Position numbers and translations under genes: made by a program. Of a stretch of DNA of 64,000 nt, positions 36,586 through 50,124 are shown piece by piece (the stretch's first letter is position 1; the number at the start of each line of letters is the position of its first letter). Source of the DNA: Eledone cirrhosa (Eukaryota); assembly GCA_964016885.1 (NCBI GenBank), contig OZ024742.1, positions 286,006,001 to 286,070,000 of the forward strand, read 5' to 3'. The notes under the pieces are model-generated. The model searched no databases. It was not told where the DNA came from and saw only the letters and a list, made by a program, of their open reading frames with translations.

Positions 36586-39500
36586 TTACAGATATATACT
36601 CAGAGTAGGCCCATTCACTCGGGCCATTCTTGCTTCTCTCACCCATCTTTCAACAAAATGCTGGGAAGAGAGCACTTCCCTCTCTACTCTGATTTTCCTT
36701 TTCAAATGAAATTTGAAAAAGTCAATCAGAGCATCACCGAAGAGGTAAGTGCTCGTCTTCAGCCCTTTCAAACGTGTCCACCATACTATCTCTTTCGCCA
36801 TGGCCACCAGACAGATAAAAACTGCCTGCCCTTCCCGGCTAAAGGAGGAGGGCGGGGCAATCCTCACGATGGACTCAGATGATAGCCGGATCCGTCCTAA
36901 ACGCGACAGCAGGTGTTCGACATAAACCCACAAGTCAGCAATTTTCGGACACTGGACGAGTGCGTGCAGGACGGTTTCGTCGCCCTGCGCGCATCTCGAA
37001 CATGCCCGGCTGACGGCACTTCCATGCCTGTAGAGTTTATCCCGAACTGGCAAGGCTCCTCGGTAGCACTGCCAGGCCAGAGATTTCTGGAAGTTGTCCA
37101 TAGGCTCTGGCCCGTAAGTTCTTCCGAAGAGATTGGCTAGTTGATTTTCGTCGACGCCTAGAGTTTCCCCAAGTACGTCGTCGCTCTTCCCCTCCACTAA
37201 TCCTCTATAGAACGCCGAGGTGGAGTTTCCACCGATCACATTGCCCGATTGGTCGAGGGCTGTGAGCGCCTGAAGACATTCCAGTCACCAAGCGCTCCCT
37301 CTCGGTCTTCGCTTGACCCAGGACTGCAGCTCCGTCAAGGAAACGAGCTGGGGAAATACGCGTCTAGCAAACGGCGACCACACCTGATCACCGTCGAGGA
37401 AGAGGTGGAGATGTCGTAGCCTGAGCGCGTGCCTGCGCATCATCAGCCACGGCATGCCCAGCCCTCCACGTAGCGGGTGTTGACAACAGATGGACCGCCT
37501 GACCATCGGAGCGCGTCCCTTCCACAAAAAGCGAAAGAGCAAACGCTCCAGCGCAGTCAGGCGAGGCTTAGGACAAGGTACGACGGTCAGGCGGTAGCAG
37601 ATGACAGACGCGATGTACGCGTTAGCCACCTCCGCTCGACCTTTCAGGGATAGCTTCCTCTCCGCCCATTTCTGGGTGAGAGAAGCCACCCTGCTCGTCA
37701 CCTCATCCCAGTTTTTGTCCGTCTGGAGGTCCGGACCGAACCAGACCCCTAGCAATTTAACCGGTCCGTCCGTCCAGCATCCGACGACGCTGTTGGACGG
37801 CATGGACCTGCCTCTCCAGGTGCCGAGCTGCAGGCCCACTGACTTTTCCTGGTTGATCATTGCTCCTGTCACCGCTTCGTATTCTCTTAGTGTAGTGCCG
37901 ATCGCCTCGATGTGTTTGGCGTTCGACACCACTACGGTGACATCGTCCGCATATGCTGACACGGATCTTCCGCATCCTAGTTCGCGCGGGACGCCCCTCA
38001 ACGTCTCCAGTTTGTGCAGTAATGGCTCGAGAGTCAATACGTACAAGAGGGACGAGAGGGGACATCCTTGGCGGACCGAGCGCATGATGTTGAACGGTTC
38101 CGACAGGTGACCGTTCATTCTCACCACAGAGCAGATGTCGCTGTGCATGGCAGCGATCCAGCCTCTGAAGACGGGCCCAAAGCCAGCCGCCCTCAGGACT
38201 GCCGCTAGGTAACGATGGTCGACCCTATCGAAAGCTTTCGACTGATCTAAATTGATCAAGGACCCACCCGTGCCAGGTTCCCTAGCTACCCTCTCTACGA
38301 TGTATCGCATGAGGTGGAGGTTGTCGTGGATGGATCTGTCGGGAATGGCGCATGTCTGCGCCTCTCCCACCAGACCACCAACGACAAGCGCCAACCTCTT
38401 TGCTAGCACCTTGGCCAAAATCTTAAACTCTGTGTTTAGCAGAGTTATGGGCCGGAAAGTTTCTATGTTATCCCCCTTGTTCGGATCCTTTCTCAGCAGT
38501 GCCACCGCTCCTCGGCTCACAGAACTGGGAATTCTCCCGTTCTGTTGCCAGTTGCAGTAGACGTCCGCCAAGAGGCCTCCGAACAAGTCTGGCATCTGTA
38601 CGTAAAGTTCATAGGGCAGACCATCCAAACCAGGCGATTTACCCCTTGTGCAGCCAGTCATTGCCTCCCTTACTTCAGCGGCTGTTATCGGCTTTTCGCA
38701 ACACTTCGCCTCAGTGGCCGAGAGCCGCGGCAGTCCATCGAGGTAGACACTAAAGTCCATCACTCTACCCGGCCCACCGCTGCCCCCGAACAGCTGAGCG
38801 AAGTGTCGCTGAAAAGCTTCACACATTTTCCCGGGATCGAGTAGCATGCGCCCGTCGTGGTCCACCAAAGACTGGATCGTGGCTTTGTTGCCACGACGCG
38901 CCTCCGCCACTCGGGCCCATTGAACGGCTTTCGTCCCCTCGTGTCTGAGAGCACGCACCCTTGCTCTGACAACGCAGCCTTCGTGCTTTGCATGGAAGAA
39001 TTGGTCAAGGGCCAATTTCGCCGCAAGCACGTCGGTCGCAATGCCTTTGCTAAGCGCCTCGTCTAATTTTCTAACTAGTTCTCCCTCTGCTCTATTTTTC
39101 TCTATTGCTAAAGCCTTACTAAACCTAATCGATTCTATTCTAATCGCTCTTTTCAAAACAAACCACCACTTGTTGTTGACGATGGCTCCCGTCAACGCCC
39201 GCTTAACTAGTTCGCTAATCCGGTCTCTGTAGGCCTTGCGCGCTGGTAAGGACGCGTTTAGCTTCCAGTAGCCGGGTCCTCGTCTATGAAGCCTATCTAA
39301 GTCAAGCACACAGATCACGAATTTGTGGTCCGTGTAGCTGACTATCTTGAATTGTGGACAGCCTATGCTAGACCTATCTATTTCCCTACAAAATACTCTA
39401 TCTAGATATGATCTGGATGACCCTATGCGGTTTGTCCAAGTCCACATTGGCACATTCGGGAAATCCAATCGGTACCTGTCAGACAGTTCAAAACGCCTGA

Positions 39501-40005
39501 GCAGGTTGGTGAGGCTCTTGCACCCTCCACCCCTATCCGCTAATCCCACACAGTCCCAGCGTGCATCTAAGATCCCGTTCCAGTCGCCCACTAACACTAA
39601 AGAGCGGGACGTTCCAAGAAAGGTCTCCAGACGCCGGAAGAAATCAGGCCGCCCTGCTCCTGTCGGGGCATAGACGGCCACTAGCCTGAAAGCTTGCACG
39701 TCTCCGCTGGTCACGTCCAGCACCACCAGCTTACCCTCTGGGTCCAGGAAGATGGCCCGTATGGCGAGATCCAAACCTCTCCGAAAAAGCACAGCAACTC
39801 CTCCACCCGATCCAGGACGGCTGGGAGATGCGTACACATCGTAGCCGCCGAAGATCGGTGCGAAGGCCCGTGCTTCGGAGATTCTGGTCTCGCTGATGGC
39901 CACTACATCTATGTTTAGTGACCTGAGGTCGTTGAGCAGGTGACCCTGCTTCCATGACGACCCCAAGCCACGCGCATTTATGCTGCCTATTCTGAGTGAC
40001 GTCAT
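36586..40005 (-). CDS. Tx1 element B ORF2 (APE - RT - CCHC) with one in-frame TGA at 37285-37287
   Basis: The 906-aa ORF and the 36586-37239 ORF share a frame (AW*LECLQALT vs DWHLECCQALT in A); YADD; CSRC...HALVQC. Confidence 0.9.
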
Positions 40006-40040
40006 GTTTAAAATAGAGTGGAAAAGATGGGAAAGACCAC

Positions 40041-42185
40041 TTACCGTACTTTTGGTAGAGGAGGGGTGGTTTTTACATCCCTTTTCACTTGATCGTCTGG
40101 TGAAGGGACCGTTGAATCGTCCCTTCGGCTGGTCGTCGGCTCTTCTAAGAGAATGTCTGAATATACTCTTCGATTGATGGTTCCTCCTAGGTCCCTGAAA
40201 TCACCAACTGCGTTGGGGAATTTCGTTTTAATGTTTGTGTATTGTTTCTGTGCTATTTTTAGCAGTCTTATGTTAGTTGGCGTTTTGATTGGTGCTGGTA
40301 TTATTTAGTCCTGTTGTGAAATGTCTGTGTGTTCAATTATGTAAGTCATTAGTTTCTTGTTGTGTGTATTTATTGCCGTGCATTTGTTTTTCTGGGGGTG
40401 GGGTGTGGTTCTGCTATTTTCTTGTCGTTGTTGCTGGGTGTGTGTGTTTTGTTGTTGTGTTTGCGATGTTGGTGCTTGTGGTGGTGGTGTTGAAGGTGTT
40501 GTTGTTGTTGACGGTGGGGTTGTCGCCGGTGGTGATGGTGGTGCTAGTGTGGGTGGTGATGGTGTTGGTGGTGTTGCTGCTGTGGGTCTCTTTGCAGTAG
40601 ACTTTACCCTTTTCTCATTTCTTTCCTCCCTTTTCAAAGGCGACGATGCGCTGCTTCTGCGTTTGTGCCTTCTTACGACCTTTTGCCATCCCTCTCCCAC
40701 CTCACACTCCATGTCTGATTCTGTGAGGTCGGGGAGGGGTACCAGCTCCACTCTTTCACTTGTTGTTGTTGGTGATGTTTGCACTGGAGTCTCTGTTGCA
40801 GCTGCATTTGGTATTGCTGTTGTTGTTGTTAATATTTCCACTGCTGCTGCTGTTTTTGATTTCCGTGGCGTGGGTATGGGTGCCACGGACCTATCGTTCC
40901 TGGTTGCCGCTTGTCCTGTTGCTGGTAGCTGTGGAGCCGGATTCGGAAGGAGGGGGGTTTTCTCCTTTCTCAGGGTCTTCTCGTTGCAGAAGGCCCTGAG
41001 GTGAGTCTTCGATCCACAGCGAAAGCATTTCGGGCGTTTGCCCTCAACACTTATGGGCAGTTGAGTGCCGTTATCGAAGTCTATCACATCCGGGATAGCT
41101 TCGATGCACTCCTGGTTGGTTTGGATTAGCATCTCAATGGAGGTGCCGACCCAATCTTCTCTTACTTTTTTCTGTACTTGCAGTACAGTTGTTTTGTCCT
41201 CGATTCCGACGAGGACAGACGCGGCCAGCCAAGAAGGGGCCATTCCGGGGGGGACGTGGGTCAGTTTGACCCTCACAATTTTTTGCCCGCAGTAGGAGGG
41301 CACCAACACCATTTCCTCGCTCCTTAGGGTCACTACTGATTGGGCCTTTGCCTCCTGGGGTGTGGCAAAAAGTACGTCTACGGTGGCATATTTTTTGCCT
41401 CGGGTGATGTGCGTTTTCCGCTGCCACACAGACCCCAAGGCTTTTTGTATCTGAGCCTCTGTGGCTCTTTCCACCCTACGGGATTTTGTACTTACTGTAC
41501 GGTACGTGACCGTACAATGCTGTTGGGTTTCGAAAAATTTTTCCGCTGCCTTGCAGATTGCTCGGTGTCCATTCTTTGTCACCATCTTCTTCGCTTCCTC
41601 TAATTCCTCATTTGTTATGAGGATTGTTTCCAAGTTTTTCGCAATGCCTGCAAATGAGATTGGTTTTTCTTTGCTGTTATTGTTGTTGTTGTCGTCAGAG
41701 CTGCTGGTACTTTTGTTGTTGCTGCAGGTACTACGACTACTGCCTCCGCCGCTGTTGCTGTGGTTGTTGTTGGTGTTGCTGCTGCTAATGCTGTTGTTGT
41801 TTATGCTGCTGGTGATGCTGTTGCGGCTGCTACTGTTGTTTTCATTGTCACTGTTGCTGTTGTTATTACGGCTGCTACTGCTATTATTCCTGACGTCAGA
41901 CGAATGAACTGGGTTTTCGTATTTCCCGCACACCTGTTTCGTCGCTGTCGTCGTCGTCGTGGAGAAACCTTGCACGCTTTGCACGAGACTTTTCTTTTCT
42001 TTCGTCACTTGCGAAAGAGAAGGGAGGGAGAGAGACACATTTAAAGAAGGGAGGGAGAGAGACAATCTTCTCTCTGCTGTAGTGATGATTGAGGAAGAAG
42101 AAGACGGAATGAGTGGGAGTGACGTATGAAATTTCTTTTTCGTAGCCATGTTGTTTTTTTTGTTTAAAATGAATATTGGGTACAA
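40041..42185 (-). CDS. Tx1 element B ORF1 (zinc knuckle) with one premature TAA at 40305-40307
   Basis: CFRCGSKTHLRAFC; sequence after the stop (IIPAPIKTPTNIRLLKIAQKQYTNIKTKFPNAVG) aligns with A (FRVPDNLLLMRMSLASYKEIRKSFPRDVG) and ends at about 40041. Confidence 0.82.
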
Positions 42186-42972
42186 AACCCCAATAACTGG
42201 TTATTTAACCCCGAAGGGCCAAATAACGGACAGAAAGACCCCTCTCACGAGGAGGAGGGTGTCTTTATCAACAATTTGGTTCAAGTTTTAAACAATTTAC
42301 AATTGTTTTAACGGTTAAAAATTACTATACCTTACAGAGCCGAGCCTCCGTCAACCATGGTATTCAATAATAATAATAATAATAATAATAGAAATAATAA
42401 TGAATATATATAAATACATTATACAGAGTGAAACAAATCTGTTAAAGATGTTACCTCCATGTTTTACTATATTTAATCTTTAATCAATGTCTGTATTCTG
42501 ATATTATATGTGGCACCAAAATAAAATTAGAGCCGATCACAACATTTTTACACAATTATAAATTGAATTCAATGTGGATAAATATGTGTATTTGTTAGCT
42601 GTTTCACCTAAAGCCGGGCAAACAGGGGAAGAGTCACGATTACTTTCTCCTATATTTATGTCTTTGCAAGCAAACTGGTGTCTATAAACGAATGAATTAT
42701 ATTTATTATTCTTCATATCAACATTCTTGGTTCTTCGACTAAAATTTCTCTCTTTCTCTCTCCTTTTCCACCTGGCCTTTTGGTTAATAAAAGGCCTCCG
42801 GCGCACCCGAACTACACCGATGTCCTGTAATTTAGCGCCGAAACATCGGTTCGCGAAACATTTACAGCTGACGATGGAAACTCCTTTCTTCCTTTCTCCT
42901 CCTGTTCCGCCCTAACCACCATCCTAAACCTTGCTTTTAGTAAACACACAGCCCCTTTCATTTCATAACTTT

Positions 42973-43019
<47 letters not shown>

Positions 43020-43075
43020 GCATATATCTATATATCTATATATATATCATATGTATATGTATCTATATATATGTG

Positions 43076-43089
<14 letters not shown>

Positions 43090-43109
<20 letters not shown>

Positions 43110-43712
43110 GTCAGGTCACCACTTGGTGCTACTGGTAACATGTATCCCAGTACAACCTGTCTCATGGTCGGGTCGTTGGCGACTAAACTGGCAACCCACC
43201 AAGGTTTCTTGGTGAGGAGGATGACTTTGGACATCCTGCAGGACTAAAAACAAAACCTGTCAAAGGGCAAAGGAGCTCTTAAGAATCAATGGCCATCCAA
43301 AATCACTGGGAGAGATGACCCCTTAGCCTTTGTCAAGGCAGAATTCTAGGAGAAGGAAAACTCTGATATAACACCTGCAACCCTGATGGTATCCAATGAT
43401 GTTGACTTGTTCTTCTTTTTGGTAAATATCATCTTGGTTAAGAGAGTGGGACTGGCTTTGTGCAGTGCCTTTGCTCACTATAAAAGCTTCACGGCACAGG
43501 CATTGCTTTGTATCTGGAGATCTCTCTGCACTTGTCGTCACATGGTACCAAAGGCAAAGCACTATGTGTCAATGATTGTCACAAGTGTAGTGTTTGTACC
43601 AGAGTTTTCAAGTCGCTGGCTGGACTAAAAAGTCACTCGTTCAGCGCATCGGTAGGGGTTCTCCTACATGGATATAAAGTAGTGGCCGTACTCGAAAACG
43701 AGTTGGCAGCCA

Positions 43713-43715
<3 letters not shown>
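43090..43715 (+). mobile_element. Bipartite non-autonomous RTE derivative (5'UTR-like part joined to 3' end)
   Basis: ctaggagaaggaaaactctga 5'UTR-like motif; 3' part encodes [17 protein letters not shown]; related copies at 49345-49870 and 63408-63882. Confidence 0.6.
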
Positions 43716-43772
<57 letters not shown>

Positions 43773-43900
43773 GCATATATCTATATATATATATATATAT
43801 ATCATATGTATATGTATCTATATATATGTATATATAAATATATATATATACATACATATACATACACACACACATATGTATATATATATATATATATGTG

Positions 43901-43941
<41 letters not shown>

Positions 43942-44006
43942 TATGTATATGTATCTCTATATATATGTATATATATATATACATCATATATATATATATA
44001 TGTATG

Positions 44007-44037
<31 letters not shown>

Positions 44038-44082
44038 ATATATATGAATGTGTGTATATATATATATATATATGCATATGTA

Positions 44083-44167
<85 letters not shown>

Positions 44168-44268
44168 TATGTATATGTATCTCCATATATATGTATATAT
44201 ATACATCATATATATATATATGAATGTATATATATATATATATATTTATATATATGTGTATATATATG

Positions 44269-44366
<98 letters not shown>

Positions 44367-44516
44367 CATATATATATATATCATGTATATATATACATAC
44401 ATATATATATATATATATATAGATATATATATCATATGTATATGTATCTCTATATATATGTATATATATATATACATCATATATATATATATCTATGTAT
44501 ATGTGTGTATATATAT

Positions 44517-44567
<51 letters not shown>

Positions 44568-44570
44568 GAA
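43715..44570. repeat. Long complex (TA)n-based microsatellite
   Basis: Direct reading. Confidence 0.95.
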
Positions 44571-45614
44571 ATATAGAGATATATTTGTATATATATATAC
44601 ATCTGTGTATATATTTAGAGTGAAAGAAACGTTTTAGGCTAAAACCAAGAAAAAGGTCATTTGACCCAAGCAACAGACAGATATGGTAATTTACTTGTCA
44701 ATAATTGCCGTCTTTATATTCAAGAGAGAGAGGGGGCGGGATGTGCGGAGAAGGGGGAGAAAGAAAAGAAGGAAGATTACATAGATCACGAGAGCATCGT
44801 ACTGTTTTCTGTGTCGAACGAAATCTATTATTGTTGAACAAATATCTTCCCGTAGTACTGACCTAACTAGAGATAATAAAGGATAATCCGTTGTTCATGC
44901 AGTGGGTTACAAAATATTCTGCAATTCCATGGGCCCTAAACTCCAGATTAAGTCGTAGGGGCGCCATCCTGATCCATTGTCCATGCAATAGGTTACAAAA
45001 TATCGTGCAATCTCACGAACCCTTAACTGCAGATTAATTCGCAGGGACGCCATCCTGATATACGTTGTGTCTAGAGGAGCTCATTCCTCTTCAGATCTGA
45101 GTACACCCTGATTCTTCCAGAGAAATCAAGAGAGAGAGGGAGAGCGAGAGATAGAGAGAGAGAGAAAATTGGGAGAAAAATACCGCCCAGAGTAGAATAG
45201 AAAGTGAATGAGAGGAAGAGATATAGAGAAAGAATCGGCTCCAGTACTTAACTGGTACTAAATTTTATCGATATCAAAAGCACGAAAGGCAAATTTGCCA
45301 GATTTAAATAAGATATGATTTTAATTATACACGAAACTTTACTTCCACACTATATTGCATTAAACCACGTAAGATTACTTCATAAACGTAGTGAAAACTT
45401 GAACTCATATCCATTCCCACACCCAAAGCTTGTTCAGATTTCTAGCCAAGCGCTAACGCTCCTAATTAGGTGGTGGACAGTTCAGGGTGCTTTGGTGTAA
45501 TGGCTATTGCCGCCATCCGGTATACGTCTGGTGCGTGATTCGACTCCTGCTGACGGTCCTGTTCATTTTTTTCTGGCTCTAAGAGTAATTCATTCAACTA
45601 TATATATATATATA

Positions 45615-45698
45615 TACGAGGGTCGACTAAAAAGTTGATAGACGGACCAAGATACCCTCATGGAATGACCAAATGGGTATGTATTTCAACATAGTCCC
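45615..45698 (+). mobile_element. Mariner-like terminal fragment
   Basis: TA-cgagggtcgactaaaagtt...ttcaacatagtccc resembles mariner TIR and subterminal sequence. Confidence 0.4.
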
Positions 45699-45838
45699 TG
45701 GAAAGAAACAATGCAGTTATTAGTAAGAAGAGTTGAAATTAATGCATGCAAGATTTCACAGCACTAGCATCAGTCATTCATAGTCAGACTACGAAGGATA
45801 TATATATATATATGTGTGTGTATGTGTGTGTGTGTGTA

Positions 45839-45930
45839 TACAGGGTGTCCTAAAAATGTCTACACCATTCTAATAAATATTGCCTGTATAGGTAATCAAA
45901 GTGTGTATACAGTTTGGGGGATATCCTGTA
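45839..45930. mobile_element. Small Tc1/mariner-type MITE; similar element at about 29505-29580
   Basis: tacagggtgtcctaaaaatgtctacac ... gtgtatacagtttgggggatatcctgta. Confidence 0.55.
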
Positions 45931-47370
45931 GATATACAATTTGTATGCATGTGTATATACATATTATATGGCTTCCTTAATATTGTATAAAACAACAGCA
46001 GCAGAAGTAATGAAGATGAAACAGCTATAAAACTACCTCCACAACAACAATGACACTAACAACAACAACAATACGAATACCAGGGGTATCACAACACATA
46101 CAATGATCAAATGTTACCATAGAACAGTTGAGAGCTTTCAGAAAAATGATTGTGTGTCTGTGATGTCAGGATTTGAAAAATTCTTCTTGTTCATTTTGTT
46201 TTGTTTTGTTTCTCATTCTAATGACGTTACCAACATGGAACTTCCACTTGGATTAGTTAACACGAAATATTCTGCTATATATAGTTCAGAATATGGAACA
46301 ATAATCCAGAGAATCAGGAAACAATATCTCCAGCAGAATGATTCACCAAGGCATTGTTTCGCCATTCAATCCACCCCACTCATCACCGTTCCCTCCACTC
46401 CCGACTTCTGCTGTTCTATATAAAGTTACGTATATATGGGTTGTACACGAACACGCTGAAACTAACATGTGATCCTGTTATATGTCAGTCACTCTTTCAA
46501 AATAAACATGTTAATCGTTCAATTGTAAAATATAGTCAAACAGTTACCTAATATACTCTAGGCTCTCGAATAATGTATTTATTACGCATAAACGTATATA
46601 TATAGATTCATGGAAAGGAGACGATCGTCAGATCGGACCAAGGAAACTATGTTTCCATTGGTCTTTCAATTGACTGACATTGACTGACATTGACTGCTGG
46701 TTGCAACTCCTGGCAGATAGAGGTGGTATTTGAACTAAGAAGGCAGAGAATCAGATCATATGCCTGAAAGTATTCATTCCAGTTCTTTAAAAATCCCACC
46801 AATCCATCACTTCACGACTCCACCAATCCACCACTCCACCAACCCATCTCTCCACCACTCCACCACTCCATCAATCCACTAGTCCACACTGGTAATTTAT
46901 TTATTGACTCTGAATGGATGAAAGGTAAAATTGATCTTGATGGGAATTGAACTCGGAATGCAGAGATTCGGAACAAATACCAATGCGTGTAATCAGACGC
47001 TCTAACAAACCACTGATTTAACTGCGTCTCACTTCATATACATACACGCCTTTATATGATAGTGAATAGCAGGACTTCAATAATAAGATTAAAAATATAA
47101 AAATTATAACATTGAAATTAGGAGGAAAGTGGATCGATGTGGATTAACGACTGCTGAGAGAAAATGAACTTAAATATTTATAAATAAACTTACTCAGACA
47201 TATAATCTTATACAGATACACACACTTACACTCTTATACCATCACACACTTACACACACACTTACACACACAGACAGACACACACAGACACAGACACAGA
47301 CACAGACACAGACACACACAGACACGTACACATACGCGCAGACACACACACACGCACACACACAGACACA

Positions 47371-47507
<137 letters not shown>

Positions 47508-47521
47508 AGAGAGAGAGAGAG

Positions 47522-47552
<31 letters not shown>

Positions 47553-47639
47553 TCAGGATTTTACCAGACTAGAAAGACCATTATTCAACTCGATACTGGG
47601 GTTATTACTCTCTAATATATATATCTATATATCTATCTA

Positions 47640-48026
<387 letters not shown>

Positions 48027-48303
48027 TATACACACTAATTGTGGACATAATTGACGTAATTGACGACAACATTAGCGTTGAGCTGAATTAGTTTTTGGTA
48101 TCCATGACTGGTGTGCCATCCATATACACACCAGAATTGCCGGACATAAGAACAATCACAGAGACAAATATATCTGGTTTGTATAAGAGAAACCCTATAG
48201 TTTGTTGATAACTGACACGTGGAAATGATGAATGATATTTTTAAAATATATTTCTAGAAAATATTTACATAAATGTTAGGGATATATGTACAACTTCATT
48301 TTG

Positions 48304-48346
48304 ACCGAGCTGAGGATCCGAATAAGGTGAAACATTTGTTCTCGGT
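48304..48346 (+). ncRNA. Minimal type I hammerhead motif
   Basis: ACCGAG-CTGAGGA-tCC gaataa GGt-GAAA-CATTTG-TT-CTCGGT; perfect 6-bp stem I, GUU site. Confidence 0.6.
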
Positions 48347-48397
48347 ATGGTGAACTACTTCTATACATACATACAGAGCTCAAGCCGTCTCGACGGC

Positions 48398-48428
<31 letters not shown>

Positions 48429-48563
48429 GTGTGTGTGTGTAGGATTACACGTGTGAGTAACTTTGGGGAAATCATTATTTGCAGGGAGAAATATAGGATT
48501 AGAACTTTGGACATTGTGATTGGAAAACGAACTTATTGTAACAACATGTCTGAGATGGGAATT

Positions 48564-48619
<56 letters not shown>

Positions 48620-48629
<10 letters not shown>

Positions 48630-48808
48630 ACAAGAAAGACGGTTTCATTTGTACATTCCTATTTATTTTGTTATACGTATTTCAAGACGTTTGGATTTTT
48701 GTCTGAAGAGAACATATAGGATAGTTGTTATGCCTTACGTCTTTAAATACGTATAACAAAATAAATAGGGATGTACAACTGAAACCGTCTTTTGTGTTTA
48801 TCATTATA
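48620..48808. mobile_element. Fold-back element with decayed HHR (48697-48761, plus strand)
   Basis: Arms about 48620-48690 / 48737-48808; TTTTGT-CTGAAGA-...-tAAA-TACGTA-TA-ACAAAA; the inverted arm retains GAAA. Confidence 0.6.
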
Positions 48809-48905
48809 ATAAAACTCCGGATGAAGAAAAATCGTGGAGTGCTTTACATCTGTTAAGAAAAAAGTCGGCAGATTTTCAATCAGTCAACTTTCTTCAATTG
48901 AATAA

Positions 48906-48942
<37 letters not shown>

Positions 48943-48981
48943 CGCAAACAACACACACAGGCACAAAAACACATACACACA

Positions 48982-49063
<82 letters not shown>

Positions 49064-49284
49064 AACGGAAAAAATGAAACGAAATTTCATTTCTCACTCT
49101 TAGTACGGCTGTTACTTAAATATAAGTATCTATACGTACATATATATGTTTGTTTACAAACACACCGAGCATTATAATAAATGTTCGGTAAATCCATACG
49201 AACATATATATATATGTGTGCATGTATGTATATATATATACATACTACTGTACGTCTGTATACATATATGTATGTACGTATACA

Positions 49285-49346
<62 letters not shown>

Positions 49347-49889
49347 CTGGTCACTGAGTGCTACCGGTAACATGTAACCCAGTACAACCTGTCGCATAGT
49401 CAGGTCGTCGGCAACTAAACCGGCAACCCCACCAAGTTTACTTGGTAAGGAGGGTGATTTTGCACACCCTGCAGGACAAAAAAACAAAACCTGCGGAAGA
49501 AAAAAGGGCGGAAGAACTCATAAGAATCAACGGCCATCCAAAAGTGTGTAAATATGTATATACACATGTACCGCGCGGTTAAACCACTGGGAGTGAAGAA
49601 CCCCTAGCCTTTGTCAGGGCATTCTTCTAGGAGAAGGTAACTCAGGAAACTGGGATAACTGCAATATAAAACCTGCGGCTCAGTAGTTACCGATGATGTT
49701 GATCTTTTCTTCTTTTCGGGTTTTAGCTACTGTCGCTCAGAGAGTGGGATTGGCTCAGTGCACAGTCTTTCCTCATTTTAAAATATATCTTCGCGCACAG
49801 GTATTGCACGATAGAATTAATTAATCATTATTAATAATGGTATATCATGCAATGGCCATACTCGTTAACGATATATATATATAATATAT

Positions 49890-50078
49890 TAATTGTTTCT
49901 ACTTTAGGCACAAGGCCAGCAATTACCCAGTGTATTACTGGTACTTTATTTTATCGACCCTGTAAGGATGAAAGGCAAAGTCAACCTCGGCGGGATTTGA
50001 ACTCGGATCGTAAAGGGACGTAAATATGCTGGAAAGCATGGCGTCCGACCCTCTACCGATACTGCCAATCCACCGCCC
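49890..50078 (-). mobile_element. Full-length SINE S1
   Basis: Head, B-box and tail present. Confidence 0.85.
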
Positions 50079-50124
50079 ATATATATAATATATTAATGGG
50101 CCAATCCACCGCCCATATATATAA

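Larger units (their letters stand above)
36334..42365 (-). mobile_element. Near full-length Tx1-clade non-LTR retrotransposon (element B, a different family)
   Basis: ORF1 + ORF2; 3' end cccttgtggttaataaagaaatc(ATT)n; (AAT)n beyond the 5' end. Confidence 0.92.

Noticed and set aside
37285-37287. In-frame TGA as selenocysteine or programmed readthrough
   Set aside because: Aligns to His in element A, not Cys; a CGA-to-TGA change is the simpler explanation
30836-42044. Plus-strand ORFs overlapping the Tx1 elements
   Set aside because: Antisense shadows of the retrotransposon ORFs
42860-42970. CTGACGA motif (also on the minus strand near 5915) as a hammerhead
   Set aside because: No matching GAAA, stem III or stem I could be paired; at most a decayed PLE-type repeat
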